Under the pieces are notes generated by a model. The model was not told the DNA's origin, ran no database searches, and saw nothing but the letters and a program-made list of their open reading frames with translations. From Octopus sinensis (taxonomy: Eukaryota), in NCBI RefSeq assembly GCF_006345805.1, contig NC_043009.1, positions 992,001 to 1,056,000 of the forward strand: DNA of 64,000 bases, given 5' to 3'. The translations under genes were made by a program, and so were the position numbers. Below, in pieces: positions 1 through 12,500 of this stretch. How positions within the stretch are numbered: the first letter of the stretch is position 1; every line of letters starts with the position of its first letter.

Positions 1-1930
1 CTTGAATTCTTCTGTGTACATGCTGCCAACTCTAACCTTACTTACGGCATCTCTGTACATGGCTTGCACAGCCCTCACCAGCCATTCATCTATCCCTAGT
101 TTCCTCATTGACCACCAGATGAGGGATCGGGGGACCCTATCAAAGGCTTTCTCCATGTCAACGAAAGCCAGGTACAGGGGCTTATCTTTGGCTAGGTATT
201 TCTCCTGCAGCTGCCTTACCAGGAATATAGCATCAGTGGTGCTTTTCCCTGGGACAAACCCAAACTGCATCTCATCTAAACTAACTCTCTCTCTAATTAG
301 TTGGGCTATGACCCTCTCCGTAACCTTCATTACCTGATCCAACAGCTTGATACCTCTGTAATTATTTGTGTCCAGGGCATCACCTTTACCTTTGTAGCAG
401 TTGACTAGTATGCTGCTACACCAGTCATTGGGTATGACTCCTTCGTGTATCACCTGGTTGACTATACGGGTGACTAGGTTATAGCCGACACTGCCAGATA
501 TTTTGAGCATCTCTGCAGTAATTCCTGATGGGCCTGGGGCTTTCCCTGTCTTCATGCTTCTAATTGCCTTAGCTACCACGGAACTATCAACTCGGATAGC
601 TGGTCCCTCTGTTGGGTCAACATTCGGCAGACTCTCTTTATCCCATTCATTTTCTTTATTCAGCAACCTTTCATAGTGGCATCTCCAAACCTCTCTCTTT
701 GCATCCTCATTTAGCGCAAGTGAACCATCATCCATGCGAACACACTTCTCTCCTACCACATCACGATTCTCTCTCACACACTGTCTTGCAACACGAAATA
801 CCTCAAGTCTTTCATCCTCACGGCTCAGAACATTGGCAAATTTTTTCTTATCCGCTTCCCCTCTGGCTAAATAAACCTGTCTCCTAGCTTCCCTTTTGGC
901 TGTCTGATACAATTCCCTGCTACCACCGTTCTTCCAGTCCTTCCAAGCCCGTCTCTTTTGTCTAATAGCCCTGTCAACCACAGTGTTCCACCACCATGTT
1001 ACTCTAGGTCGAGATGGTACTTTGCTCCATCCACAGATCTGGTCAGTGGCTGTCAGCAGGTTGTCCCGTAGGAATCTCCAGTTGTCTTCCACATTAAGTG
1101 AAGCTATATCCCCTTCTATTTCGTCAGAGGCTTCGAGTAGTATGTCTCTAAATCTCTGTCCATTTGCAGGATCTTTAAGCTTCCAGACCCTTCTCCTCCA
1201 AGCTGGTCTTCTTCTGGGCAACCATTTAGCTCTGATCCTGAAGTCGCTAACTACTAATCTATGTTGGGGAGTACATTCTTCGCCTGGGAAGGTTTTGGCA
1301 TTTATAATCAGCCCTCTTTCCCTTTTTCTGGCAAGGATGTAGTCAATCTGGCTGGTGTGTCTGCCAGAACGGTAGGTGACTAGGTGAGAGGTGGGTTTCC
1401 TGAAGTGGGTATTGCAGACCATAAGGTCATTTGCATCGCAGAACTCCAGCAGCCTGGTTCCTTCCTCATTTCGAAAGCCAAAACCGTAGCCTCCATGGAC
1501 GCCATGGAAGCCCCCGACATGTCGTCCAACATGTCCATTGAAATCACCTGCCACGAAGAGAAGGTCACTGTCATTTGTCAATGAGGTAGTCCGCAATAGG
1601 GTGTCATAGAATTGGTCTTTTTGTCCTTCCGGTAGCCCTGGTTGAGGGGCATATGCCGAGATGATGGTAGCTGTCCTATGGTGAAGAACTAATCTAATTT
1701 TAATTACTCTGTCACTTACTCTCGATTACCTTACCTACCCATTTCTCCGCAAGAAGTATACCCACGCCCCCGACTCCGTCAGTGTTCCCTGCCCAGAAAA
1801 TCTTGTACCTGTGTTCCTTGCCTGTGAGGAGCCTAGCAGAACCTCCTCTCCACCTTACTTCCTGGATACAGCATACATCCACATGTCTCCGTTCAAGCAG
1901 CTCTACAATCTCTCCAGACCTACCTTTCAA
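1..1930 (-). mobile_element. RTE-clade LINE copy 1 (APE endonuclease to start of RT), disrupted, runs off the window
   Basis: LKGRSGEIVELLERRHVDVCCIQEVRW APE start; homologous to 9511-11190; stops and frameshifts. Confidence 0.92.
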
Positions 1931-2086
1931 ATGATGACGACAAAGATGACTATACTGATGACGAATTTGAGAGAGAGCAAAGAGATACCGGTCAACTGAT
2001 GGGATTTGAACTAATGTATCTATCACTTTGCAGGTAGTTGTATTACCAATCACACTACAGAACACCTTACAGTCTCTCTCTCTGTC

Positions 2087-2314
2087 TTAACCCTTTCGAT
2101 ACCAACCCGGCGGAAACCGGTTCTGGCTCTGAGTACAAATGTCTTGTTTTCATAAGTTTTGAATTAAAATCTTCCACCAAATTTTAGTCACAATTTATGC
2201 TCCTAATACTAGCCGAATGATAGCTGAGTTATTTTACTAAATTCTTTGTTACATTTAAAGTAATTGAAAGAAACAGAGACCACCTCAACAGAAATCCAGT
2301 GGCAAAAGGGTTAA
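2087..2314. mobile_element. TTAA-flanked MITE (CCCTTT...AAAGGG ends, piggyBac-like); related copies near 45305-46015 (interrupted), 52178-52397 and 55490-55605
   Basis: TTAA at 2087-2090 and 2311-2314 flanking short imperfect TIRs; shared AGTTATTTTACTAAATTCTT interior. Confidence 0.7.
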
Positions 2315-2870
2315 ATCAGGTAATTAAATCAGGTGATTACAAACAACTTCTTTTTTTTTACAACTTGGCTATTTTTACCTCTATGATAGAATTGGTCATT
2401 TACTTAGCATTGAATAACAATTTCAAATCTTGGCACATGGTCAGCAATTTTAGGGGTACTGGTGCCACATAAATGCACACCTGTAAGGTGGCTGGCATTA
2501 GCAAAGGCATAGAAACCAGGCCAAAACAGACAAATGGAGCCCAGGTAGCTCTTCAGCTGGTCACTTTCGGTCAAACTGTCCAACCCATGCCAGCATGGAA
2601 AACAGACGTTAAATGGTAATAGTGATGATGAAGATGATGGAGTTAATCAATTATATCCCCCCCTACTTGACTGGTATTTTGTTTTATCAACCCTGAAAGG
2701 ATGAAAGGTAAAGTTGACCTTAGTGGTATTTGAAACCAGAATATAGAGACTCAGAAGAAATGCTGCTCAGCCTTTTGTCCAACATGGCAACGAATCTGCC
2801 AGGTTACCATCTTATTTAGTGTGTATAATAATATCTAATATCTCCCAAAAGCTAAAAATCCATTACTTAC

Positions 2871-2948
2871 CAAGAGATGATGGCGTTGGGCTGGTGTGAG
2901 CACTTTTTCCCAGGTTTCAAAATTGATTACTTCATTAAATATAAAACT
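2871..2948 (-). CDS. NFRKB: NFRKB second coding exon, SFIFNEVINFETWEKVLTPAQRHHLL (DEUBAD/ASXH region); the gene continues beyond position 1
   Basis: Acceptor ttattgtttttcag|AGT, donor CTCTTG|gtaagt; 78 nt, phase 0-0, open frame; matches the IF.eV....TW..VL...QR.HL pattern of NFRKB. Confidence 0.88.
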
Positions 2949-3292
2949 CTGAAAAACAATAAATAACAATTATGAATAAGTTAACTGCCACAATTTTCGA
3001 TATTCTTATATTGAAAATCTTGATACACATTAATTTGATTCAGAAATGAGCACAAACTTAGTGACAAGTCTCTCACTCTTTTCTGTCATCTCAAATTAAT
3101 ACAATTGGCAGTATGTCTCTATGTCTTTGTTTGTCCATCTCCTCTAACATATATACCAAAGGCAGTTATCTGCTTTGATACTTTCTCTATGTGTATTTCA
3201 TAGAAATATTGCCAGGTCATTTAGTTAGCTGTATACTGAGCTAAATATACATACATTTCACTATCTATGTATAAATTGTGTGTGTGTGTGTG

Positions 3293-3337
<45 letters not shown>

Positions 3338-5074
3338 TATATATGATGAAATTATGTTTCAAAGACGAGACTACATTGATCCTTGCGTTTTCTTCTTTCT
3401 GGAAATTGAATTTTTTTTTTCTTTGACTTTCTGTTTTTGTCTTCTTTTCTCTAATATTTTGTGTTGTTGTTTTGTTATTGTTTCTGCTCGGTTTACTGCT
3501 ACAACAGCCGACTATTACGGTGTAAGTAGGGTATAGAAGGTACAGCCCCAGCAGCAGCAGCAAGGGACAGAGAGAGACAGACATAGTAGAGAAAGAAAGA
3601 TGTTAAAGAAATGTAATGAGGAAAGAGAAGAAACAGCTAGACTACTACTTAATGTGTGTATATATATATATATATGAGTGTCTGTGTGTGTATGTATATA
3701 ATTAGTTCAAAGTAGACTACTAATAGTAGTTATCGTAGTAGTAGTAGTAGTAGTAGTAATAGTAAGGGGGACCTTGGCTGTTTCGTTCTTTTCTTATCAA
3801 CGAAAGAAACTTTATGACAAAATTCTTTTTTTTTTTTATTGAGAGAGTGAGAGATAAATATTCTTTTATCTTTTACTTGTTTTGGTCACTGGACTGTGGC
3901 CATGCTAGGGCACTGCCTTGAAGCATTTTAGGTTGGACAACTCAACCACAGTACTTATTTCAAGCCTAGTATTTATTCTATGGGTGTCTTTTGTTGAACA
4001 GTTAAGTTACAGGGACATAAACAAACCAACATCAGTTGTCAACAGGTGGTGGTGGTGGACACACACACACATATACACATATACATTTATATATACACAA
4101 CAGACTATTACACAGTTTCAGTCTACCAAATCCACCAACAAAACTTTGGTTGGCCCAGAGCTAGCGCAAGGTGCCAAGCTGTGGTCCTGAACCCCAAAAC
4201 AAGTGGTTGGGAAGCAAACTTCTTACCACATAATCATGTCTACACACATTAACAATGTGTGTGTGTGTCTGTGTGTTATGGTGACAATCATGACACCCCC
4301 CTGTGAGAATGGACTGGCCGACCATGTATAAGTACAGTTGTTGGCACAGTATTTAGGAACACATCAAGTGGAGACAGTTGGTGTCCACTCTGCTCTGTGG
4401 TACAATTAATAGATATCACACTGTATTAGTGCACAACACTAAGGTGACAAAGACAGAGACCAAGTGACAACAGAGGCAACAAGTGATTCGAAACTTACAT
4501 TAGTCGTTAACAATTTTTATGATAGAAAAAATTCGTTAAATATGGAAGACCTAATAGCTGGCATATTACAGAGGAAAAGCAGCAGCAACAACAATTACAA
4601 CAGCAACAGCTGTGGAGGCGCAATGGCCCAGTGGTTAGGGCAGCAGACTCATAGTCGTAAGAACGCAGTTTCGATTCCCAGACCAGGCATTGTGTTTATT
4701 GAGCAAAAACACCTAAGCTCCATGAGGCTCTGGAGGGTGGGAGAGGGGGGCGCTGTACTCTTTCACCATAACTTTCTCTCACTTTTTCTTCCTACTTCTG
4801 CCACAAAGCAGAGGAACCATGGTGTAACACACTATGGTGTGGTAAACTTTCAGACCCTAGTCTAGGTTGCGAATCCTCTGTACCCCATGATGGTTCAGCT
4901 TTCCACCCGTTAAAAGCTACCATTTACGGAATGAAGGTAACAACGTAGCTTTCGTACCCGTGCAACCACCAGTCTATCGTGTGTGGTGGGTGGGTCTTCA
5001 AGTTGCCACACGCATTCTTAGTAGCTTAGAGTAGCCTCGAATTAGAGATTATTCTTTGTGGCTAATGGCATGAG

Positions 5075-6607
5075 TCCTGATTGGAAGAAGAAGAACAGCA
5101 ACAGCTACAACACAAAGAGTTGATGGAGTTGTGTTTAAAGAAGTCAGGAAACACTGCAAGTTCGTTTTCGTGAGACAGTATTGTGAATGCTATAACTGAT
5201 TTTAGTTATAACTCAGAACAGGGTATAACTTTTTCGACATATTTCAGAAGATACAAAGAAATCTTCAAGGAAGAATACAAGTGTTAGACAGACAATGTAA
5301 AAGTGAGACTACTGTTATGGAAACTGGGTCCTTCAGAACATGAAAAATACTGCAATTTTATCTTGCCTAAAATAACAAGCGAAATTTGTTTTGAGGAAAC
5401 AATTGAATTACTATCCAAAATGTTCAGCAATAAGAGTCCCCTGTTTAACACTCATTGGGAATGTTTGAGGTTAATAAAAGAAGAGGATGAAGAATTTGTC
5501 AGCTATGCCAGAATTATAAATAAAATGTGTGAAAAATTTAAACTGAAGTAATTATCTCTGGACATGTTTAAATGCCTCATCTTTGTGCAGGGTTTGATGG
5601 CAAACAAAGCTCCAGAAACACATGTATGGATTCTTACAAAACTAGAACAGGAAGACCAGAATTTAACCCTGCAGCTTGTAGCAGAGGAATGTCAAAGAAT
5701 TATCAACTTGTGATAGGACATAAAGAAAATTGAAGAAAAAATTTCTCTCAAGTACAGACATGTCAAATGGGAGTAAGTAAAGAAAAAAGAATGTTACGAC
5801 CAAATCCATGCTATGGGTGTGGAAGTCTGCATTTTAAAAAAGACTGTCCATTTAACACTCAGAAATGTTTTAGCTGTCAAAAAATAGATCATAAAAGCTT
5901 GCACTGCATAGCGAAAGCAAAGAAGGTCAGAAAAAAATTCTTCTAAAAAGGTTTGCTCAATGGAAAGTTATGATGACACCAAAAAAAGAAAGTATATGTA
6001 TGTAAAAATAAACAATACGAACGTGAAACTACAGCTGGATACATGTAGTGACACTACAATTATTGATACTGACACATGGAAGAAAATTGAGAAACCTACA
6101 TTAAGGAAAACATCAAAAAGTGCATGAGGCATCACTGGCGAAATAGAAAACAACATTACATTTTGTGGTAAAACCTGTAAAGCAAAAGCGTTTGTGTTAA
6201 AAAGGGCAACAAACTTGTTTGGTACTGACTGGATGGAATTATTTGATTCCCATAAATCTGTTCAGTAAAAACATAAATGATTGTTCCTCCAGTAAGAATA
6301 AGGTATCAGATGAATTGAAGCAAAAATTTTTATATGCTTTTTCTGAAGTGTTGTCGAATAAATTAGGTTTGCGTACTAAAACTGAGGCATGTTTCCAAGT
6401 TAAGGAAAACACAATACCAGTGTTCAAACCAAAAAGAACAGTACCTTTTGCTGTGGTAAAACATGTCAATGAAGAATTAGACAGATTAGAGAAAATTGGT
6501 GTCATCCAAAAAGTGGAATATGCAACATGGGTAGCTCCAATGGTGCATATTAAAAAAAAGAACAACAAAATCAGGGTGTTTGGCAATTTTTCCACTGGCT
6601 TGAACTG
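5075..6607 (+). mobile_element. Degenerate Ty3/gypsy-like gag-protease-RT remnant
   Basis: Gag-like KVRLLLWKLGPSEHEKYCNFILP, CCHC-type knuckle (CYGCGSLHFKKDC, ~5810-5850), protease LQLDTCSDTTII (~6030), RT start ELDRLEKIGVIQKVEYATWVAPMV; many stops. Confidence 0.85.
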
Positions 6608-7273
6608 GTCCCTAGAGCAGTGGAAGAATGTTATTTCCTTGGACAAGTCATCCTTTACCTTATTTCTGACCACCAGCCAAGTATACGTGTGGAGAGAACC
6701 AAAAGAAGCATTTGACCTAGACTGCCTTTTTCCAACTGTTAAATATGGAGGAGGATCTGTGATAATTTGGGGGGGGGGGCTATATCTTAAAAATCCGCCA
6801 GCCCAATGGTTTCCCTTCATGGTAGAATTAATAGTCAAGACTATTTAAGCATTTTATCTGATCAAATTCAGCCTGTGGTTGCAGAACTGTTTCCCGAGAG
6901 AAATGCAATCTTTCAGGATGATAATGCACCAATTCACACAACTAAAGTTGTTACTGAATGGCACAAGCAACATTCTAATGAAGTTGAACATCTTATCTGG
7001 CCACCACAGTCCCCAGATCTCAATATAATTGAACATTTATGGTGCATTTCAGAAAAAAAGTAAGGAGTCAATATCCTCCACCATCATCACTACAAGAACT
7101 GGAGACTGTTTTAGCTGGAGAATGGACAAAAATTCCTCTGGAAACAATTCAAACTTTGTACAAGTCCATACCTCGTAGAATTCAAGCTGTAATTACTGCC
7201 AAAGACGGTTCTACCCCATATTAAAATAATTTGTTTGAAATTTTAAGGTGTTTCCATTATTCTGTCCAACCCC

Positions 7274-7275
<2 letters not shown>
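6608..7275 (+). mobile_element. Tc1/mariner transposase 3' half with right end
   Basis: PTVKYGGGSVIIWG, FQDDNAPIH and WPPQSPDLNIIEHLW (DD34E-type) motifs; ends ...CAACCCCTG followed by TA. Confidence 0.9.
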
Positions 7276-7317
<42 letters not shown>

Positions 7318-7459
7318 AATATATATATATATATATATATTCTTTTATGTGTTTCAGCTAGGCGGCTGCAGTCATGCTGGAGTAGCACTATGATCTTTTT
7401 CACTCTTTGTTTTTGTACCCTCTCCACAATCCTTCTGTGGTTCCTCTCCTCTGACTAAT

Positions 7460-8625
7460 GCGATCCCACCAAAATTGTCCAAGGCGCATCTAGTCTATGA
7501 GGGAATTTGACACTACTGCCCTAAAATGTGCCTCATATCAAGCCATTGGTTCGTCTGGTATTGTGGATAGGAGAGTGTCCAGTTTCTTTTTGAAGACTTG
7601 TACATCTATATCGTGTAAGTTTCTCAATTGTTTTGGCCGAGCATTGAAGAGCTGTAGTCCTCTGAACCGTAGGCTATTGCAGTACATGGTTCTTATATTA
7701 GATGCATTGGATGGTATCTTCGGTACTATGCAGTGGCATCCAGCACGAGCATTTCATATAACACTTGATGCCAAAATTAGGTACTAGACCTTCCAGTATT
7801 TTCCACACGTAAATTATTACATATCTCTCATGTCTGTGCTCTAGGGAGTAGAGTTGTAGTTCTTTCAGCCTCTCCCTGTAGTTCACGTGTTGGACTGTAG
7901 CAATCTTTTTTGTGTAGTTATGCTGGATTGCTTCAAGCTCCATTGTTAGCTTAATGCTGTGAGCTGACCACAGCTGAAAGCAGTAGTCTAGGTGGCTGAG
8001 GACAAAGGTCTTCCATAGAGTCAACAAGATTTCTTGATCTCTTTTTCTGAATGTCCTTAGTATCCATCCTGCCAGTTGTTTGCATTTTGCTGCCAATTTG
8101 GTAATGTGCTTGTGAAATGATGCATGATTACACATACTGATGCCCAAGTCTCTCATTTTTTGTGGCCCTGGGATTGCAGTACCTCAGGGTCCTGTAAATG
8201 CCAGGTGTGGAGCATTTATGATCTTATAGCGCAGTGCTTGAAATTTTTCAGCATTAAATTGCATATTGTTTTGCTCTGCCCACTTGCATATTGCATTTAG
8301 GTCGTTCTGCAGGTTTACAACATCATCAGGATACTTTATTGCTTGTGATAATTTTGTATCATCAGAATAACTAGTAACAGTGGGTATGTCTAAGAGGACT
8401 ACTATAAACAGTAATGGCCCTAAGACAGTTCCCTGAGGGACACCACTCAAAATTTGTCTTTCTCTTTGCCTGCAACTGTCTGACGTCTATTCTTTAGGAA
8501 CTCATGCAGTAACTCTCCTAAGTTTACCAGCTATAACAAGATTTTGCAGCTTGTGACATATCATGCCATGATCAACTTTGTCAAAGGCCTTTGCAAAGTC
8601 AAGATATAATCACATCGACATTTGA
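7460..8625 (-). mobile_element. CR1/L2-like LINE RT fragment
   Basis: FAKAFDKVDHG, SGVPQGTVLGPLLF, SYSDDTK and LQNDL...KWA...MQFN motifs; disrupted. Confidence 0.88.
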
Positions 8626-9510
8626 ATGACCAACCAGCTGCTTCAGCACCCATATATATATATATACATATGTTAAACGATGATGATGATGATGATGATG
8701 ATATATATAAATATTATCGACACTTTCGTCTTGTTCCACTATGCCAGTCAGAACCCATCGCACAGCAACCACACATGTGTTCCTTGACCATTTCTCCTCC
8801 CCAACTAACCCTGTCCCTCTCCCTATGTTTTCTATATGCCCCCGTCTTCGATAACCACCATCGCCATATATAAACTAGCGATCGCAAATCGCTAAGCCCA
8901 CTCGCTTTCAACTCCACTACGAATGCACAGCTCATGAATGGCTAAAAGTTAAGATTTCTTCTTTCAACCTCGCTTCCTACTACCCTCTGCACGTATAATC
9001 ACTATTCTTTCAGTTTCCTTGAATTTCTCTCTCATATTTTCCTTTCAGTAACCTCTATTCATATTTTCTTTCAGTTTTCAACATACCATTCATGTAATGT
9101 TTTTCGTTTAGTCTTGTCTCCCTATTTGCTCCCGTTTCATAGCCACTCATCGTCTCCCCTAAAATTTGACTTCTCTGATACTTTCAAACCTACTTTCTTG
9201 CTATCACGATTAACAGAATCCTCTTGCTAGTTTGGGGTTGACCCGCCCACCCACCCCCTCCACACATGCCGGAAGTTCCTATTCTTTTCATCCCTGGGTT
9301 GCTTCCCTTGAAGACTGCAAATGCTCTTTCACCATCCCTACCCCTAGTTTCGACCTAGGTAAGGTAATGATCATACAGTGCAAAATATGAATGGGTAGTG
9401 TTATGCAGGTTGAATTGAAGGCTACTGTATTACTTGCTCATGAATTCTGCCAAATGCGAGCTTTCTTTTCAGGTACATGAAGCTACTGTCCACCGACGCA
9501 GGGTCTCTAC

Positions 9511-12500
9511 TGAAAGGTAGGTCTGGCGAGATAGTTGAGATGCTTGAACGGAGACGTGTGGATATATGTTGCATGCAAGAAGTAAGGTGGAGAGGAGGTT
9601 CTGCTAGGTTCCTCACAGGCAAGGAACACAGGTACAAGATTTTCTGGGCAGGGAACACTGACGGGGTTGGAGGCGTGGGTATACTTATCGCTGAGAAATG
9701 GGTAGATAAAGTAATTGAGGTAATCAGAGTATGCGACAGAATACTTAAGATTAGATTAGCGCTTCATCATAGTTTAGCAACCATTATATCAGCCTATGCT
9801 CCTCAGTCGGGGCTACCTGATGGACAGAAAGACCGATTCTATGACACTCTACTGCAGACTACCTCGTTGACGAACGACAGAGACCTTCTCTTTGTGGCTG
9901 GTGACTTCAATGGTCACGTTGGACGACATGCTAGGGGCTTCCACGGCGTACATGGAGGCTATGGCTCTGGTTCCCGCAACGAGGAGGGAACCAGGCTGCT
10001 GGACTTCTGCGATGCAAATAATCTTATGATTTGCAACATTAACTTCAGGAAACCTACCAGCCACCTAGTCACCTACCGATCGGGCCAACATACCAGCCAA
10101 ATTGACTACATCTTTGCCAGGCAAAGGGAGAGATGGCTACTTATAAATGCCAAAACCTTCCCAGGCGAAGAATGTACCCCACAACATAGACTGGTAGTTA
10201 GTGACTTTAGGATCAGGAGTAGGAGGACAACCAGAAGACGACCAACATGGAGAAGAAGGATCTGGAAGCTTAAGGATCCTGTGAATGGACAGAGATTTAG
10301 AGACATGTTACTTGAAGCCTTTGACGAAGTAGAAGAGGATAGAGTATCACATGGGGTAGAGGACAACTGGACGTTTCTAAGGGACAACCTGCTGAGAGCC
10401 ACTGACCAGATCTGTGGCTGGTGCAAAGTCCCCTCTCGTCCCAAGGTAACGTGGTGGTGGAACAGTGTCGTAGACAGGGCTATTAGAGAAAAGAGACAGA
10501 CTTGGAAGCACTGGAAGAATGGTGGTAGCAGGGAATTGTATCAGACTGCTAAAAGGGAGGCTAGGAGACAGGTCTATCTAGCCAGAGGGGAAGCAGATAA
10601 GAAAAAATTTGCCAATGTTCTGCGCCGTGAGGACCAAAGACTGGAGGTGTTTCGCGTTGCAAGACAGTGTGTGAGAGAGAATTGTGATGTGGTGGGAGAG
10701 AATTGTGTTCGCATGGAAGATGGTTCACTTGCGCTAAACGAGGATGCAAAGAGAGAGGCTTGGATGCCACTATGAAAGGTTGCTGAATAAAGAAAATGAA
10801 TGGGATAAAGAGAGTCTGCCGAACGTTGACCCAACGGAGGGACCAGCTATCAGGGTTGATAGTTCCTTAGTAGCTAAGGCAATTAGAAGCATGAAGACAG
10901 GGAAAGCCCCTGGCCCATCAGGTATCACTGCAGAGATGCTCAAAATATCTGGTAGTGTCGGCTATAGCCTAGTCACCTGTAATTAGAGAGAGAGTTAGTT
11001 TAGATGAGATGCAGTTTGGTTTCGTGCCAGGGAAAAGTACCACTGATGCTATATTCCTGGTAAGGCAGCTGCAGGAGAAATACCTAGCCAAAGATAAGCC
11101 CCTGTACCTGGCTTTTGTTGACATGGAGAAAGCCTTCGACAGGGTCCCCCGATCCCTCATATGGTGGTCAATGAGGAAATTAGGAATAGATGAATGGTTA
11201 GTGAGAGCTGTGCAAGCCATGTACAGGGACGCTGCTAGTAAGGTGAGGGTTGGCAATGAGTACAGTGAAGAATTCCGGGTAGAGATAGGGGTCCACCAAG
11301 GCTCAGTCCTCAGCCCCCTCCTATTTATCATAGTCCTCCAGGCAATAACGGAGGAATTCAAGACAGGATGCCCCTGGGAGCTCCTCTATGCTGATGACCT
11401 TGCTCTAATTGCTGAGTCATTATCAGAACTGGAGAAGAAGTTTCAGGTGCGGAAGCATGGTTTAGAATCGAAGGGCCTTAGAGTCAACCTAGCTAAAACC
11501 AAAGTCCTAATAAGTAGGAAGGTAGACAAATCACAAACACCTTCAGGTAGATGGCCCTGCTCGATCTGTAGAAAAGGTGTAGGCAGAAACTCTATAAGAT
11601 GCACCAAGTGTAAGCTATGGACACATAAGAGGTGCAGCAATGTCATAGGAAGGCTAACTAGGAAGATGGTTTTTGTATGTGGCAGATGCTCGGGAGCATT
11701 AACCTCTGAAAATCTGCAGAAAACAACTTCCGTCACTTTCCAGGGGGAAAAACTAGAAGTAGTTGATAGCTTCCGTTATCTTGGTGACCAAGTCAGTAGT
11801 GGGGGTGGGTGTGCTGAAAGTGTAACGGCTAGAGTAAGAATAGCCTGGGCAAAGTTTAGGGAGCTCTTACCTCTGTTGGTGACTAAAGGCCTCTCGCTCA
11901 GAGTAAAAGGCAGACTGTATGATGCATGTGTACGAACAGCCATGCTACATGGCAGTGAAACATGGGCCGTGACTGCTGAGGACATGCGTAAGCTCGCGAG
12001 AAATGAAGCTAGTATGCTCCGTTGGATGTGTAATGTCAGTGTTCATAGGCGACAGAGTGTAAGTACCTTGAGAGAAAAGTTGGACCTAAGAGGAATCAGA
12101 TGTTATGTGCAAGAGAGACGATTGCGCTGGTATGGTCATGTGGTGAGAATGGATGAAGATAGGTGTGTGAAAAAGTGCCACACCCTGGCAGTTGAGGGAC
12201 CTGTGGAAAAGGTAGACCCAGGAAAACCTGGGTCGAGGTGGTGAAGCACGACCTTCGAACTCTAGGTCTCACCAGGAAATGACCAGAGACCGAGACCTAT
12301 GGAAGTACGCTGTGCGTGAGAAGACCCGGCAAGACCAGTGAGAACAATCAAAATCAAATCATATATCAGAAAGCAGGGGTTAAGTGACCCATCCGTTCGT
12401 GTCCGCTGTCAGCCTCGTCTGGCCCCGTGCCGGGATACGTAAAAGCACCATTCGCTCGTGGCCGTTTGCCAGCTCTTCCTGGCCCCCGTGTCGGTGGCAC

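Noticed and set aside
2-1574. + strand ORFs over RTE copy 1 and antisense ORFs over copies 2 and 3
   Set aside because: Shadow frames of the LINE coding strand.
4614-4690. tRNA-like sequences (also 13934, 21780-21853 and the SINE heads)
   Set aside because: No complete cloverleaf, and they continue into repeat bodies; these are SINE heads, not tRNA genes.
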